From: Candidatus Fraserbacteria bacterium
GTDB taxonomy: Bacteria > Bipolaricaulota > Bipolaricaulia > RBG-16-55-9 > DRXL01
DNA length: 30,206 nt
Assembly: GCA_947085185.1 (NCBI GenBank)
Contig: CAMTVK010000028.1
Location: forward strand, 1 to 30,206
Direction: 5' to 3'
Positions 14,937 to 25,418 of the stretch are shown here, one piece after another. The translations under genes were made by a program, and so were the position numbers. Positions within the stretch are counted from its first letter, which is position 1, and the number at the start of each line of letters is the position of its first letter. The notes beneath the pieces are model-generated. The model saw only the letters and a list, made by a program, of their open reading frames with translations, was not told the DNA's origin and did not search any database.

Positions 14937-16988
14937 ATGACGAAGCCCTCAAATCGCCTGGCGCAGGAGACCAGCCCCTATCTCCTTGAGCATGCCCACA
15001 ACCCCGTCGATTGGTACCCCTGGGGCGAAGAGGCCATCCAGAAGGCTCAGCGCGAAGACAAGCCCATTCTGCTCTCCATCGGATATTCGGCGTGCCATTG
15101 GTGCCATGTCATGGAGCGTGAAAGTTTCGAGAACGAAGAGATCGCGCAGTATCTCAATGAGCACTTTGTCAGCATCAAAGTGGATCGCGAGGAGCGCCCA
15201 GATATTGATGAGCTGTATATGACGGCTGTGCAGCTCATGACGGGCCAGGGCGGGTGGCCCTTGACGGTCTTCCTCACCCCAGACTTAAAGCCGTTCTTTG
15301 GCGGCACGTACTTCCCCCCGGAAGATCGCTGGGGCCGGCCAGGGTTTCTGACGGTGCTCAAAGCTATCGCTGAGCTGTACAAGAAGGAGCGAGCGAAGAT
15401 CGTTGAGCAAGCGGAGCGCGTCACTCAGTATCTGAGCGCGATGCACCAGCTTCAGACGGGCGTAGGGCTGCTCACTCCGGAGCTGCTGCAACGCGCGTAT
15501 CTGGATGCTCTGCAGAATGTTGATCGCGAGCATGGCGGCTTTGGCGGTGCGCCCAAATTCCCCCAGAGCTTAGCGCTGAGCTTCTTGCTGCGATATTGGC
15601 ATCGCACCAAAGACCCTGATGCCTTGCAGATCGTTGAGCTCTCGCTCGAGAAGATGGCTCGCGGAGGGATCTACGATCAGCTCGGCGGAGGGTTTCATCG
15701 CTATTGTGTAGACGCGCTCTGGCGCATCCCGCACTTCGAGAAGATGCTCTACGATAACGCTCTGGTAGTGTGGACGTATCTGGAAGCCTATCAAGCGACG
15801 AAGAGCTTGCTCTATCGTCGGGTCGTTGAGGAGACGCTCGACTATGTGCTGCGGGAGATGACGAGTCCAGAGGGGGGCTTTTACTCCAGTCAAGACGCCG
15901 ATAGTCCCGAGGGCGAGGGGGCGTTTTACGTCTGGACACCCCAGCAGATCACCGCTGTGCTTGGCGAAGAAGACGGCGCAAAAGCATGCGAATATTTTGG
16001 GGTTTCGGGGAATATCGCAGGCGGCGCAAGTGTCCTGCATCTGCCCTACACCCCCGAAGAGTTTTCTGCCAAAATGGGGATGGCGCAGCCGGAGCTTGAG
16101 CGGTGGCTTGCGCAGGTCAAGCACAAGCTCTTAGCTGCGCGGCAACAGCGAGCAAGACCCGCCCGCGACGAGAAGATTTTGACGGCATGGAACGGCTTGA
16201 TGATCTCGGCGTTTGCGCGGGCCTATCAAGTCCTGGGACACAAAAAATATCTTCATGCGGCGCAGGGCGCAGCGCACTTCTGTCTGACCCATCTGCGCCA
16301 AGGCCGGAGACTGTTGCGCAGCTACAAAGACGGGCAGGCGAGATTCAATGCCTATCTTGAAGACTACGCGTGTCTGATCACGGGGCTGCTCGATCTCTAT
16401 GAGTCCGACTTCGATCTACGCTGGGTCAGAGAAGCTCAGTCTTTGAGCGCGTCTGTCATAGAAGGGTTTTGGGACGAGGATGGTGGGGGATTCTTCTTCA
16501 CCAGCAGAGATCACGAGAGGCTGCCGGTGCGCACGAAGAGCTTCTCTGACGGCGCGACGCCGTCGGGGAATGCGGCAGCGGTCTTTGCGCTCTTGCGTCT
16601 GGCTGAGCTGACTGACGACTCTCAGCTGCGGGCCAAGGCCGAGCACACCCTGCGCCTCTGTCGCGATCTCATGGAGCAAGCCCCTCAGACGCTCTCGTAT
16701 ATGCTGAGCGCGCTCGATTTCTATCTAGGCCCCACGGCTCAGATTGCCATCGTTGGGCCCCAGAGCGATTTGCGAGTGCAGCAGTTTCTCAAAAAGATTC
16801 GAGAGCGCTTTCTCCCAAACAGGGTGATCGCATGGGGAGAGCCGGCTGGCGTCGAGCATGCGGCGCTCCTCCCGCTCTTGCGGGGAAAGAGCTTGGTGAA
16901 CGACGCTCCGGCGGTCTATCTCTGCCGGGAGTATTCATGTCAAGCGCCGATCACCGAGCCGAGCGCCTTAGAAGAAGCTGAGATCTAA
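14937..16988 (+). CDS. yyaL: Thioredoxin-domain/six-hairpin glycosidase-like protein (YyaL/SSP411 family)
   Basis: [55 protein letters not shown]; start moved to ATG 14937. Confidence 0.94.
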   Translation: MTKPSNRLAQETSPYLLEHAHNPVDWYPWGEEAIQKAQREDKPILLSIGYSACHWCHVMERESFENEEIAQYLNEHFVSIKVDREERPDIDELYMTAVQLMTGQGGWPLTVFLTPDLKPFFGGTYFPPEDRWGRPGFLTVLKAIAELYKKERAKIVEQAERVTQYLSAMHQLQTGVGLLTPELLQRAYLDALQNVDREHGGFGGAPKFPQSLALSFLLRYWHRTKDPDALQIVELSLEKMARGGIYDQLGGGFHRYCVDALWRIPHFEKMLYDNALVVWTYLEAYQATKSLLYRRVVEETLDYVLREMTSPEGGFYSSQDADSPEGEGAFYVWTPQQITAVLGEEDGAKACEYFGVSGNIAGGASVLHLPYTPEEFSAKMGMAQPELERWLAQVKHKLLAARQQRARPARDEKILTAWNGLMISAFARAYQVLGHKKYLHAAQGAAHFCLTHLRQGRRLLRSYKDGQARFNAYLEDYACLITGLLDLYESDFDLRWVREAQSLSASVIEGFWDEDGGGFFFTSRDHERLPVRTKSFSDGATPSGNAAAVFALLRLAELTDDSQLRAKAEHTLRLCRDLMEQAPQTLSYMLSALDFYLGPTAQIAIVGPQSDLRVQQFLKKIRERFLPNRVIAWGEPAGVEHAALLPLLRGKSLVNDAPAVYLCREYSCQAPITEPSALEEAEI

Positions 16989-17051
16989 CGATCTCGTGGC
17001 GCAGGGACCTACAACCCTTGAGTTTTTGCTCCCATCTGTTAGACTAACTCT

Positions 17052-20000
17052 ATGCTGAGGTTGGTAGATCGCTACGTGATCCGCGAAATGATCTTTCCGT
17101 TTCTACTTGCTGTTGCCGGCTTCGTCTTGTTTATCATACTCAATCTCATCCCTCAACTCTCCGACTTCATGATTGATCGCAATATCTCCATGCAAACGCT
17201 CTTTCAGATGCTCTTTTGGCGGTTACCAGAGCTCTTAGTCTATGGGCTTCCTGTGGGCGTGCTCTTCGCGATCTTCTGGGCCTTGGGACGACTCAGCCAT
17301 GACCGCGAATTGATCGCCCTGCAAGCCGCCGGCTTCTCTTTGCGAAGGCTGATGCTCCCCGTCGTCCTGATGGGCTTGATCACCACCGTCACGGCGTTCG
17401 CCGTAGGAGAACTCTGGACGCCCTGGGCCAATCATCAATATTATAATCTGTTGCGCGAGATCTTCTTCATGCGCTCCGTGCCCCAGATCCGCGAGTCCAC
17501 GTTTATGAAGATCAGCGACACCGCCTATGCGTATATTGAGCGCTACGACCCTACTACAAAAAAACTCTCTCACGTGATGGTCTTCGACAAGGGCGGTGGG
17601 GAGTACCTTCCTGAGCTGGAAGCACGCTTCCCAAAGGTCATTGTTGCTGCCGAAGGCCTCTGGGACGGGGAGTACTGGCGCCTCACCGATGGGAAGCTCC
17701 ATAAACTCCGGGACGATGGCCAGTTCGAGTACACCGTGACTTTTGCGAAGCTGTCTTTACGGGCTGGACCGTCTCTGCAACGGCTGCTCGTGGAGCAACG
17801 CACTCCCCATGAGATGAGCATCGCCGAGCTCTCCGAGCAGATCGAGGTGCTCCAGCGCAGCGGCTTAGGCGCTGAAAGCTTGCTCGTTGAGCTGCATGCG
17901 AAGATCGCTGTGCCCTTCTCTGCTCTGATCTTTGCGCTCTTTGGGGCGCCGCTCAGTTTGATCTTTGCTCAGGGGGGAGCGCCGCGTGGGCGGGCCGCCG
18001 GGGTCATCATCAGCGTGCTGTTGGTCGCGAGCTATCAGGGGCTTCTGCTCTGGATGTCCACGCTGGGAAAACGCGGCCTGATCGCACCTCCTCTTGCGCC
18101 ATGGGTGCCGAATATGCTCTTTGGGGTGCTCGGCGTGGTGCTCGTGATCTGGCTGGATCGGCTCAGCCAACTCGATCTCTTTGCACGGCTGCGTCGGCTT
18201 GTGCCGTTCGTGCTCATCATAGCAGGGGGGGGCACGGTGGGATGGGCACAGGAGCCGCCTCCCATCTCGCTCGATCTTCGTGCCGACCGACTGACCGTCG
18301 CTCGCGATTGGCAGAAGCTCTCTGCTGAGGGCCACGTCAGGCTTGTCTATGAGAAGGGCTCGCTTCACGCGGACCGACTGAATGCTCAGCGCGTCGGGGA
18401 GAGCCAACACTGGCGCATCACTGCGGAGGGGGGCGTCGTGTGGGAAGGGGAGGGCCTCAAGGGAGAAGCAAAGAAGATCGAGCTGCAGATCGCGTGGGAC
18501 GGCTCTCGCTGGGCGCTCAGCGAAGCACACTTATTCACAGCTCGCATAGAGTATGAGCGCGGGAGCTTGCAAGCTCATGAGATGTTCTTAAAACCCGAGC
18601 GCTCGGTGTGGGTGGCCCATGCGCAGAGATTTCTCGGTCAGGCAAGCTTTGAGAGCGCTGCGAAAAAGCGAGAGACCCTGCGCTTCCAAGGGGAGGAGGC
18701 GCGTGCCACCCTCTCCGCCGAGGGCCAGCTCAAGCTCCTCGAGATCACCAAGGGCGAGATCACCACGTGCACCTGCGCAGAACCTATCAGCCGGGCTGCA
18801 TATTCCATCGCGGCAGGCAGCGTGCTCCTGGAGCCAGACGAGTCCGTCTGGGCCACAAATATTACGCTCAAAACCTACGGGATCCCAATCTTTTGGGCCC
18901 CGGTCTACTTTGCTTCGCTCAAAGAAGAGACGAAAAACCCGCTGCTGCCGGATTTCGGACAGCTTCCCGATCGCGGATGGTATTTCCGCTGGCGCTTGCC
19001 GTTCGTCGTAGACCGAGAGAACACGGGGACAGTCTCGATTGATTTCTACACGAAGCTTCCCGAAGTGGGGATGGGGATCGAGTACAGATATAAATTCTGG
19101 GAGCAGCAAGGGCAGATCTCGGTCTATCGTTTGGTGGGGCGCGGCGAGTCCTGGGCGACAGACTGGGCGCATCAAGCCCAGCTTCCCTTCAACACGCGGC
19201 TCTCTGTGGGGATTGCGTGGCGCACTGGGCTGTTAGAGCAAGAAGCTCAGCGGCTCTTCTCGCGGGTGCTGCTCTCAGGAAGCTTTGAATCTGTGCGTTG
19301 GAGCGCCCTGTGGAGCCGCGATCAGTATCTTGTGCTGCCCGAAAGCGAAGAGGCCGTGCTCTATCGCTTTTTAGAGAAAGCCCCAGAGCTGATGCTCTCG
19401 CTTGTGCCGTGGCGATTGGGGCCATTGTCTGTCACGTTCAGTGCGAGCTGGGGCACCTATCGTGAGAAAAAGCTCGATCGAGAGAGCTTGGACGAGAGCA
19501 CACGCTGGGATGCCGTCATCGGCCTGCAATCGCTTGCTTTGGGAAATGACCTCTTGCGCATCCAAGCCAGCACACACTATCGGCTCTCGCTCTACGCACC
19601 CCAGCGCTTCCGTCGCGAGGCGTATGATCTCACAGTCGGGGTGAGCACGCACCCCGTGCCCGGCCTGAGCGCCGACACCACATATGCGTACCGGCGCGTT
19701 GTGGGGCAAAGCCCGTTCAGCTTCGATACGCTCGACCTGATGCACCATGTCCGCTTCCGCGCAGGCTGGCCTACTGCGCCCTTCAAACCGAACCTGACTT
19801 GGGGATACGACCTCCGACAGCAGACGTTTGAGCTTCTGCGCCTTGGGCTGCGCCATCAATTTCTGGGGTTTGCCACTACGATCGATCTCGAATACGATCT
19901 CAACCGTTCGCTCTGGCACAGGGCGGCGCTCACTCTGCAGGGGTCTGTTGTGCAGCTCAGCACGGCGTATCTCTTCCCGACACGAAATTTCGAGGATTTG

Positions 20001-20321
20001 ATAGTCAAGATCAGCTGGGGCGTGCAGCGTTTGGGGATGAGCATAGATCTCAAGCGCTTCTCTCTTCAGCGACTCAATCTTGAAACGAGCTGGCAATGGT
20101 GGTCTGAGTGGGAGTTTTCGCTCAAGGGCGAGTACGATGTAGCAAGACAGAGATGGACGGCGTTACAAGTGGGGATTATCAAAAAATTCTGCAATGCGTG
20201 CTGGCAACTGGGGGTCTACAGCGACAGCTCCAGGGTATGGCTTCAGGCGCAGATCAATGCGTTCCCCACAGCGCGCGTGCGTTACTCTCCCACGGATCAG
20301 AGGCTGTCATTTGGCTCCTAG
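17052..20321 (+). CDS. LptF/LptG-family permease fused to OstA-like and LptD-like domains
   Basis: aa 1-370: DRYVIRE, LSHDRELIALQAAGFS, ELHAKIAVPFS, APWVPN. After aa 400: ADRL..AEGHVRL..LHADRL, then ITTC..YSIAA..PIFWAP, then aromatic-rich beta-strand sequence. Confidence 0.82.
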   Translation: MLRLVDRYVIREMIFPFLLAVAGFVLFIILNLIPQLSDFMIDRNISMQTLFQMLFWRLPELLVYGLPVGVLFAIFWALGRLSHDRELIALQAAGFSLRRLMLPVVLMGLITTVTAFAVGELWTPWANHQYYNLLREIFFMRSVPQIRESTFMKISDTAYAYIERYDPTTKKLSHVMVFDKGGGEYLPELEARFPKVIVAAEGLWDGEYWRLTDGKLHKLRDDGQFEYTVTFAKLSLRAGPSLQRLLVEQRTPHEMSIAELSEQIEVLQRSGLGAESLLVELHAKIAVPFSALIFALFGAPLSLIFAQGGAPRGRAAGVIISVLLVASYQGLLLWMSTLGKRGLIAPPLAPWVPNMLFGVLGVVLVIWLDRLSQLDLFARLRRLVPFVLIIAGGGTVGWAQEPPPISLDLRADRLTVARDWQKLSAEGHVRLVYEKGSLHADRLNAQRVGESQHWRITAEGGVVWEGEGLKGEAKKIELQIAWDGSRWALSEAHLFTARIEYERGSLQAHEMFLKPERSVWVAHAQRFLGQASFESAAKKRETLRFQGEEARATLSAEGQLKLLEITKGEITTCTCAEPISRAAYSIAAGSVLLEPDESVWATNITLKTYGIPIFWAPVYFASLKEETKNPLLPDFGQLPDRGWYFRWRLPFVVDRENTGTVSIDFYTKLPEVGMGIEYRYKFWEQQGQISVYRLVGRGESWATDWAHQAQLPFNTRLSVGIAWRTGLLEQEAQRLFSRVLLSGSFESVRWSALWSRDQYLVLPESEEAVLYRFLEKAPELMLSLVPWRLGPLSVTFSASWGTYREKKLDRESLDESTRWDAVIGLQSLALGNDLLRIQASTHYRLSLYAPQRFRREAYDLTVGVSTHPVPGLSADTTYAYRRVVGQSPFSFDTLDLMHHVRFRAGWPTAPFKPNLTWGYDLRQQTFELLRLGLRHQFLGFATTIDLEYDLNRSLWHRAALTLQGSVVQLSTAYLFPTRNFEDLIVKISWGVQRLGMSIDLKRFSLQRLNLETSWQWWSEWEFSLKGEYDVARQRWTALQVGIIKKFCNACWQLGVYSDSSRVWLQAQINAFPTARVRYSPTDQRLSFGS

Positions 20322-20379
20322 CATTGCCGAGGAGCACACGGTATACTAGAGCGATTCTCGCGATGGGGTGATTGCTCAT

Positions 20380-22386
20380 ATGGAGGTACGGACTGTATGT
20401 TTTGTAGGGCACGCGGGGTCCGGCAAGACGGCCCTGGCGGAGGCGCTCTTGAAAAGAGGAGGCCACGACGCGAAATTCGACTTCACACCAGAAGCTAAAA
20501 GCCGAGGGCACTCCGTAGACTTAGGAGTGGGCAGCCTCCTGCAGGGGGAGCGACTCTTGCAGGTTCTCGATACGCCCGGCTTCAGCGAGTTCGTCGAGGA
20601 GGTCTACAAAGCTCTGTGGGCCGCGGAGACAGCCGTGCTCGTGGTCAACGCCGAAAAGGGCGTAGAAGTCCACACCGAGAAGGCGTGGGAGTTGGTGCAA
20701 AAGTTCAAGAAGCCGTCTCTTGTGGTCATAAACAAGATGGACCTGCCCAATGCGGACCTCCCCAAAGCCCTCGAATCGCTGCGCTCGACGCTGCCGGGGA
20801 GATTCGTCTGTTTGGAACTGCCCATCCGCGAGGGAGGGAACTTCGTGGGCTATGTGGACTTGATCGAGAACAAAGCGATCTATACAGACAAGCGCAAGGG
20901 CGAGATCCCAGAACACTTGAAAGCCACCGTCGCGGCGGAGCGCGAACAGCTCTTAGAAGTGCTCGCTGAAGCCAACGACGAACTGATGGTCCATTTTCTT
21001 GAGGGCCACGAGATCCCCACAGACGAAATCCGCCGGGCGCTCAAGGACGCGCTGCGCCAGCGTATCTTCAGCCCGGTGCTCTGTACTTCCGTCACGTCCG
21101 GAGCCAGCATAGATGCCCTCTTAGAGATATTGCAGACCGAAACCCCTCAATTTACTGATGTGAATCACCCTGCAGGGAGCTTCATCGCTCAGGCGTTCTA
21201 TCTCTTCTCGGATCAGTATTTGGGCAAACTGGCATTTGTGAAGGTCCTGGGCGGGACCCTCTCTGAGGGGGATACGATCACGAACATCAACACCGGAGCA
21301 CAAGAGCGCGTCAAGGAGATCTTGCGGTTTCACGGCGACAAATCCGAAAAGATCCCACAAGCCCAGGCGGGGGAGATCGTCGCGCTCGCCAAGTTGAGCG
21401 ATTGTCAATTGGGCGAGACGTTTGCAGCAACCGGCTCGGCCCAGAAGCTGCCTTGGATAGAGTTCCCCAAGCCGGTCTTTGCCCGCGCAGTGACCCCGGA
21501 AACCCAAGCCGATGACGAAAAGATGAGCAGCGTGCTCAAAGAGATCGCCAGCGTCAAAGCCACGCTCAGTTTCTATCGAGACGCCGTGACCCACGAGGCG
21601 ATCCTCGCGGGCTTGGGGGACACCCATTTGAGCGTCTTCACTGAGCGCTTGAAGAACCGCTATGGCGTCTCAGTCAAGCTGCACAAACCGCATATCCCCT
21701 ATAAAGAGACGATTCTCAAAGTTGCGCAAGGGCAGTATAAACACAAGAAGCAGAGCGGGGGGCGCGGACAATACGGCGAGGCCCACCTGCGCGTCGAGCC
21801 CATCCCCGGCAAGACTTATGAGTTTGTGGACGAGGTCAAAGGCGGGGTCATCCCACGCGAGTATATCCCTGCGGTGGAGAAGGGTGTGCTGGAAGCCATG
21901 CAGCAGGGGATTTTGGCGGGCTACCCCATGACCGACGTGCGCGTAGCTGTGTATTACGGCAGCTACCATGAAGTGGACTCGAACGAGATTTCGTTCAAGA
22001 TCGCTGGGGCCCATGCGTTTCGGTTGGCCGCCCAAGCGGCCCAGCCCGCGTTGCTGGAACCCATCTATAAAGTGACGATCTGGACGCCCTCAGATTACAC
22101 AGGCGACATCATCAGCAGTCTCAACGGCAAGCGGGGACGCATCTTAGGGATGGGCATGGAAGAAGAGACTTTCGATGGGAGCCTCAAGCGCGACAAGATC
22201 GAAGCTGAGGTCCCCCTTGCTGAGATGTTAGACTATGCGTTGGAGCTCAAGTCTATCACGCAAGGGCGGGCGACGTTCCAGATGGAGTTTGTGCGCTATC
22301 AAGTCGTGGCCAGTGAAAAGCTTGCGGAAGAGCTCTTGAAGCGCGAGGGCAAGACGATCAGCAAACCAACTGCAGAAGCGAAGTGA
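20380..22386 (+). CDS. fusA2: Elongation factor G paralog (EF-G2 type)
   Basis: GHAGSGKT, RGHSV, DTPGF, NKMD, KKQSGGRGQYG, SYHEVDS, LLEPI; not in a str operon; SD GGGGTGA before ATG 20380. Confidence 0.9.
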   Translation: MEVRTVCFVGHAGSGKTALAEALLKRGGHDAKFDFTPEAKSRGHSVDLGVGSLLQGERLLQVLDTPGFSEFVEEVYKALWAAETAVLVVNAEKGVEVHTEKAWELVQKFKKPSLVVINKMDLPNADLPKALESLRSTLPGRFVCLELPIREGGNFVGYVDLIENKAIYTDKRKGEIPEHLKATVAAEREQLLEVLAEANDELMVHFLEGHEIPTDEIRRALKDALRQRIFSPVLCTSVTSGASIDALLEILQTETPQFTDVNHPAGSFIAQAFYLFSDQYLGKLAFVKVLGGTLSEGDTITNINTGAQERVKEILRFHGDKSEKIPQAQAGEIVALAKLSDCQLGETFAATGSAQKLPWIEFPKPVFARAVTPETQADDEKMSSVLKEIASVKATLSFYRDAVTHEAILAGLGDTHLSVFTERLKNRYGVSVKLHKPHIPYKETILKVAQGQYKHKKQSGGRGQYGEAHLRVEPIPGKTYEFVDEVKGGVIPREYIPAVEKGVLEAMQQGILAGYPMTDVRVAVYYGSYHEVDSNEISFKIAGAHAFRLAAQAAQPALLEPIYKVTIWTPSDYTGDIISSLNGKRGRILGMGMEEETFDGSLKRDKIEAEVPLAEMLDYALELKSITQGRATFQMEFVRYQVVASEKLAEELLKREGKTISKPTAEAK

Positions 22387-22401
22387 AAACACACGCGGGG
22401 C

Positions 22402-22806
22402 ATGGCGCTCAAGCGACTCCAGATTAAGACCCAAGCCAAGCAAGAGATCGTAGATATTACGGAGCGCGTAGCGCGGGTTGTGCGTGAAGGCGCTCCCCAA
22501 GACGGCTCGTGCACGATCTTCGTCCCACACACCACAGCAGCGATCACTATCAACGAGAACACCGACCCAGCGGTGAAAGAAGATATTCTGAATGCTTTGG
22601 GGAGGCTAGTCCCCGTGGGGACACAGTACAAACATGCTGAGGGCAACGCGCATGCCCATATCCGCGCCAGTCTTGTGGGCCATTCGGTCACAGTGCCCAT
22701 CGAAGCTGGGAGATTAGTCTTGGGCACATGGCAGGGGATCTTGTTCTGCGAATTTGACGGGCCGCGCCAGCGCGAGGTATGGATCATCGTGTCCTCTGCC
22801 CTCTGA
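22402..22806 (+). CDS. yjbQ: YjbQ/UPF0047 family protein
   Basis: HTTAAITINE, GNAHAHI, LGTWQGI, EFDGPR. Confidence 0.94.
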   Translation: MALKRLQIKTQAKQEIVDITERVARVVREGAPQDGSCTIFVPHTTAAITINENTDPAVKEDILNALGRLVPVGTQYKHAEGNAHAHIRASLVGHSVTVPIEAGRLVLGTWQGILFCEFDGPRQREVWIIVSSAL

Positions 22807-23769
<963 letters not shown>

Positions 23770-23773
23770 GAAG

Positions 23774-24235
23774 ATGGAAGAGGATCTGAAGGTCTCTAGG
23801 ATCAAGAACGGCACCGTGATCGATCACATTACGGCGGGGATGGCCCCAGCGGTGCTCAAGATTCTGGGGATCGAGCGCGGTTGCCCTGACACGGTCATCG
23901 TGGCCATGAACGTGCGGAGCAATCGCCTGGGGTTGAAAGACATGGTCAAGGTGGAAAACCGCGCGCTTGAAGCAGAAACGGTGAAGAAGATTGCCATCGT
24001 CGCCCCGCAAGCTACAGTCAATATTATCAGAGATATGAAGGTCGCGGAGAAGATCCAAGTCGAGCTCCCTCAGGAACTGATCGGCATCATTCGATGTCCT
24101 AATCGCAATTGCATCACGAACAGCAGTGAGCGGGTCGTCCCATATCTTACTGTGGAAAGCCGCGACCCTCTCTCCATGCGCTGTCATTACTGTGAGAGCC
24201 TTGTCGAGGGGCCTGCGGCCGAGCTGTTGCTCTAA
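23774..24235 (+). CDS. pyrI: Aspartate carbamoyltransferase regulatory subunit
   Basis: IKNGTVIDHI, CPNRNCIT, CHYCE. Confidence 0.96.
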   Translation: MEEDLKVSRIKNGTVIDHITAGMAPAVLKILGIERGCPDTVIVAMNVRSNRLGLKDMVKVENRALEAETVKKIAIVAPQATVNIIRDMKVAEKIQVELPQELIGIIRCPNRNCITNSSERVVPYLTVESRDPLSMRCHYCESLVEGPAAELLL

Positions 24236-24240
24236 CGCTC

Positions 24241-24807
24241 ATGCGTCTCTTTTACTGTTTTGAGCTCCCCCATGCTGTGCGTGCGCAGCTTTATGAGATT
24301 GCGCAGCTGTTGCGCGCTCCAGAAGCGCGCGTGAGCTGGGTGCGCCCGGAAAATTTTCACATCACCGTCAAGTTTCTCGGCGAAGTCGAGCCTTCTGTCG
24401 TAGAGCCCCTGAAAGCACTTGGGGCCCAGATCGCTGAGAGATTCCAAAAATCTGAGATCGTCTTCGACACCGTCGGGGCGTTCCCCACCGCGAACCGACC
24501 AAGAGTCCTATGGATCGGCTCTCGTCATCCCCCCAACGTGATCTTCGATATTCAAGAAGACTTGGAGCAAGCATTGACAAAGATGGGATTCGAGGCAGAA
24601 CAGCACTTTATGCCGCATGTGACCGTCGGCCGGATCAAGGACGAGCGCACCGTCCACGAAGGGTGGTTTGCTCAAATGCTCTCCCAGATCAAGCCCTTTG
24701 AGAGTCGAGCGCTCCTCACACACTTGACGCTTATGGAAAGCCAGCTATCGCCGGGTGGGGCGATCTACATTCCCGTGGCAAGCTGGGAGTTCCAAGATGC
24801 CCTTTGA
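24241..24807 (+). CDS. thpR: RNA 2',3'-cyclic phosphodiesterase (2H phosphoesterase)
   Basis: MRLF start, two HxT motifs (HITVKFLG, PHVTVGR), PRVLW, S.L...G.IY. Confidence 0.92.
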   Translation: MRLFYCFELPHAVRAQLYEIAQLLRAPEARVSWVRPENFHITVKFLGEVEPSVVEPLKALGAQIAERFQKSEIVFDTVGAFPTANRPRVLWIGSRHPPNVIFDIQEDLEQALTKMGFEAEQHFMPHVTVGRIKDERTVHEGWFAQMLSQIKPFESRALLTHLTLMESQLSPGGAIYIPVASWEFQDAL

Positions 24808-25219
24808 GTATTTTGATGTCACAGCCGAAGTAGGAATTCGCGCGTGGGGCAAGACGCTCCCTGAGGCGTTTGCGGAAGCAGCCCGCGCCCTCTTCGAGCT
24901 GATGGTCGATACAAAATCTGTGCGCCCACAGCGACCTATCTCGGTCGCGCTGAGCGCAGAGTCACTTGAGCTGCTGTTGGCCGACTGGCTCAACAGACTG
25001 ATCTTAGAGCGCGACCGCACGGGCTGTGTCTTCTCACAATTTCGTGTGGCTATCGCTCCTCAAGCGCAAGGCTTCTCACTGACGGGAGAAGCCCAAGGTG
25101 AACCCTTGGATCGCGCGCGCCATGACCCGCGCATAGACGTCAAAGCCGTTACTTATAATAATCTGAGCGTTCTCCAGCAAGCCCAGAGAGTCCAGGTCGA
25201 ATGCGTGTTGGATATCTAA
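24797..25219 (+). CDS. Archease
   Basis: MPFEYFDVTAEVGI, LLADWLN, VKAVTY, C-terminal LDI; SD GGGAG before ATG 24797. Confidence 0.92.
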   Translation: MPFEYFDVTAEVGIRAWGKTLPEAFAEAARALFELMVDTKSVRPQRPISVALSAESLELLLADWLNRLILERDRTGCVFSQFRVAIAPQAQGFSLTGEAQGEPLDRARHDPRIDVKAVTYNNLSVLQQAQRVQVECVLDI

Positions 25220-25418
25220 TGCGCCAGCTCGGCGGGCTTCGTTGGTCGCGTCTATCTCTTCCGGAAGATGACGGCGAGAAACTCTTGCACCCCGTAGGCA
25301 TTGGCCGTAAAGATGGCAATGTGCTAGCTCTCTGCCCTGCCGACTACCCCTGGCCGCCGGGGTTCAGAAAGTAGACGACTTAGCAGTGAGGCTGCCGTGG
25401 CTAGCCACAATATCGCGC

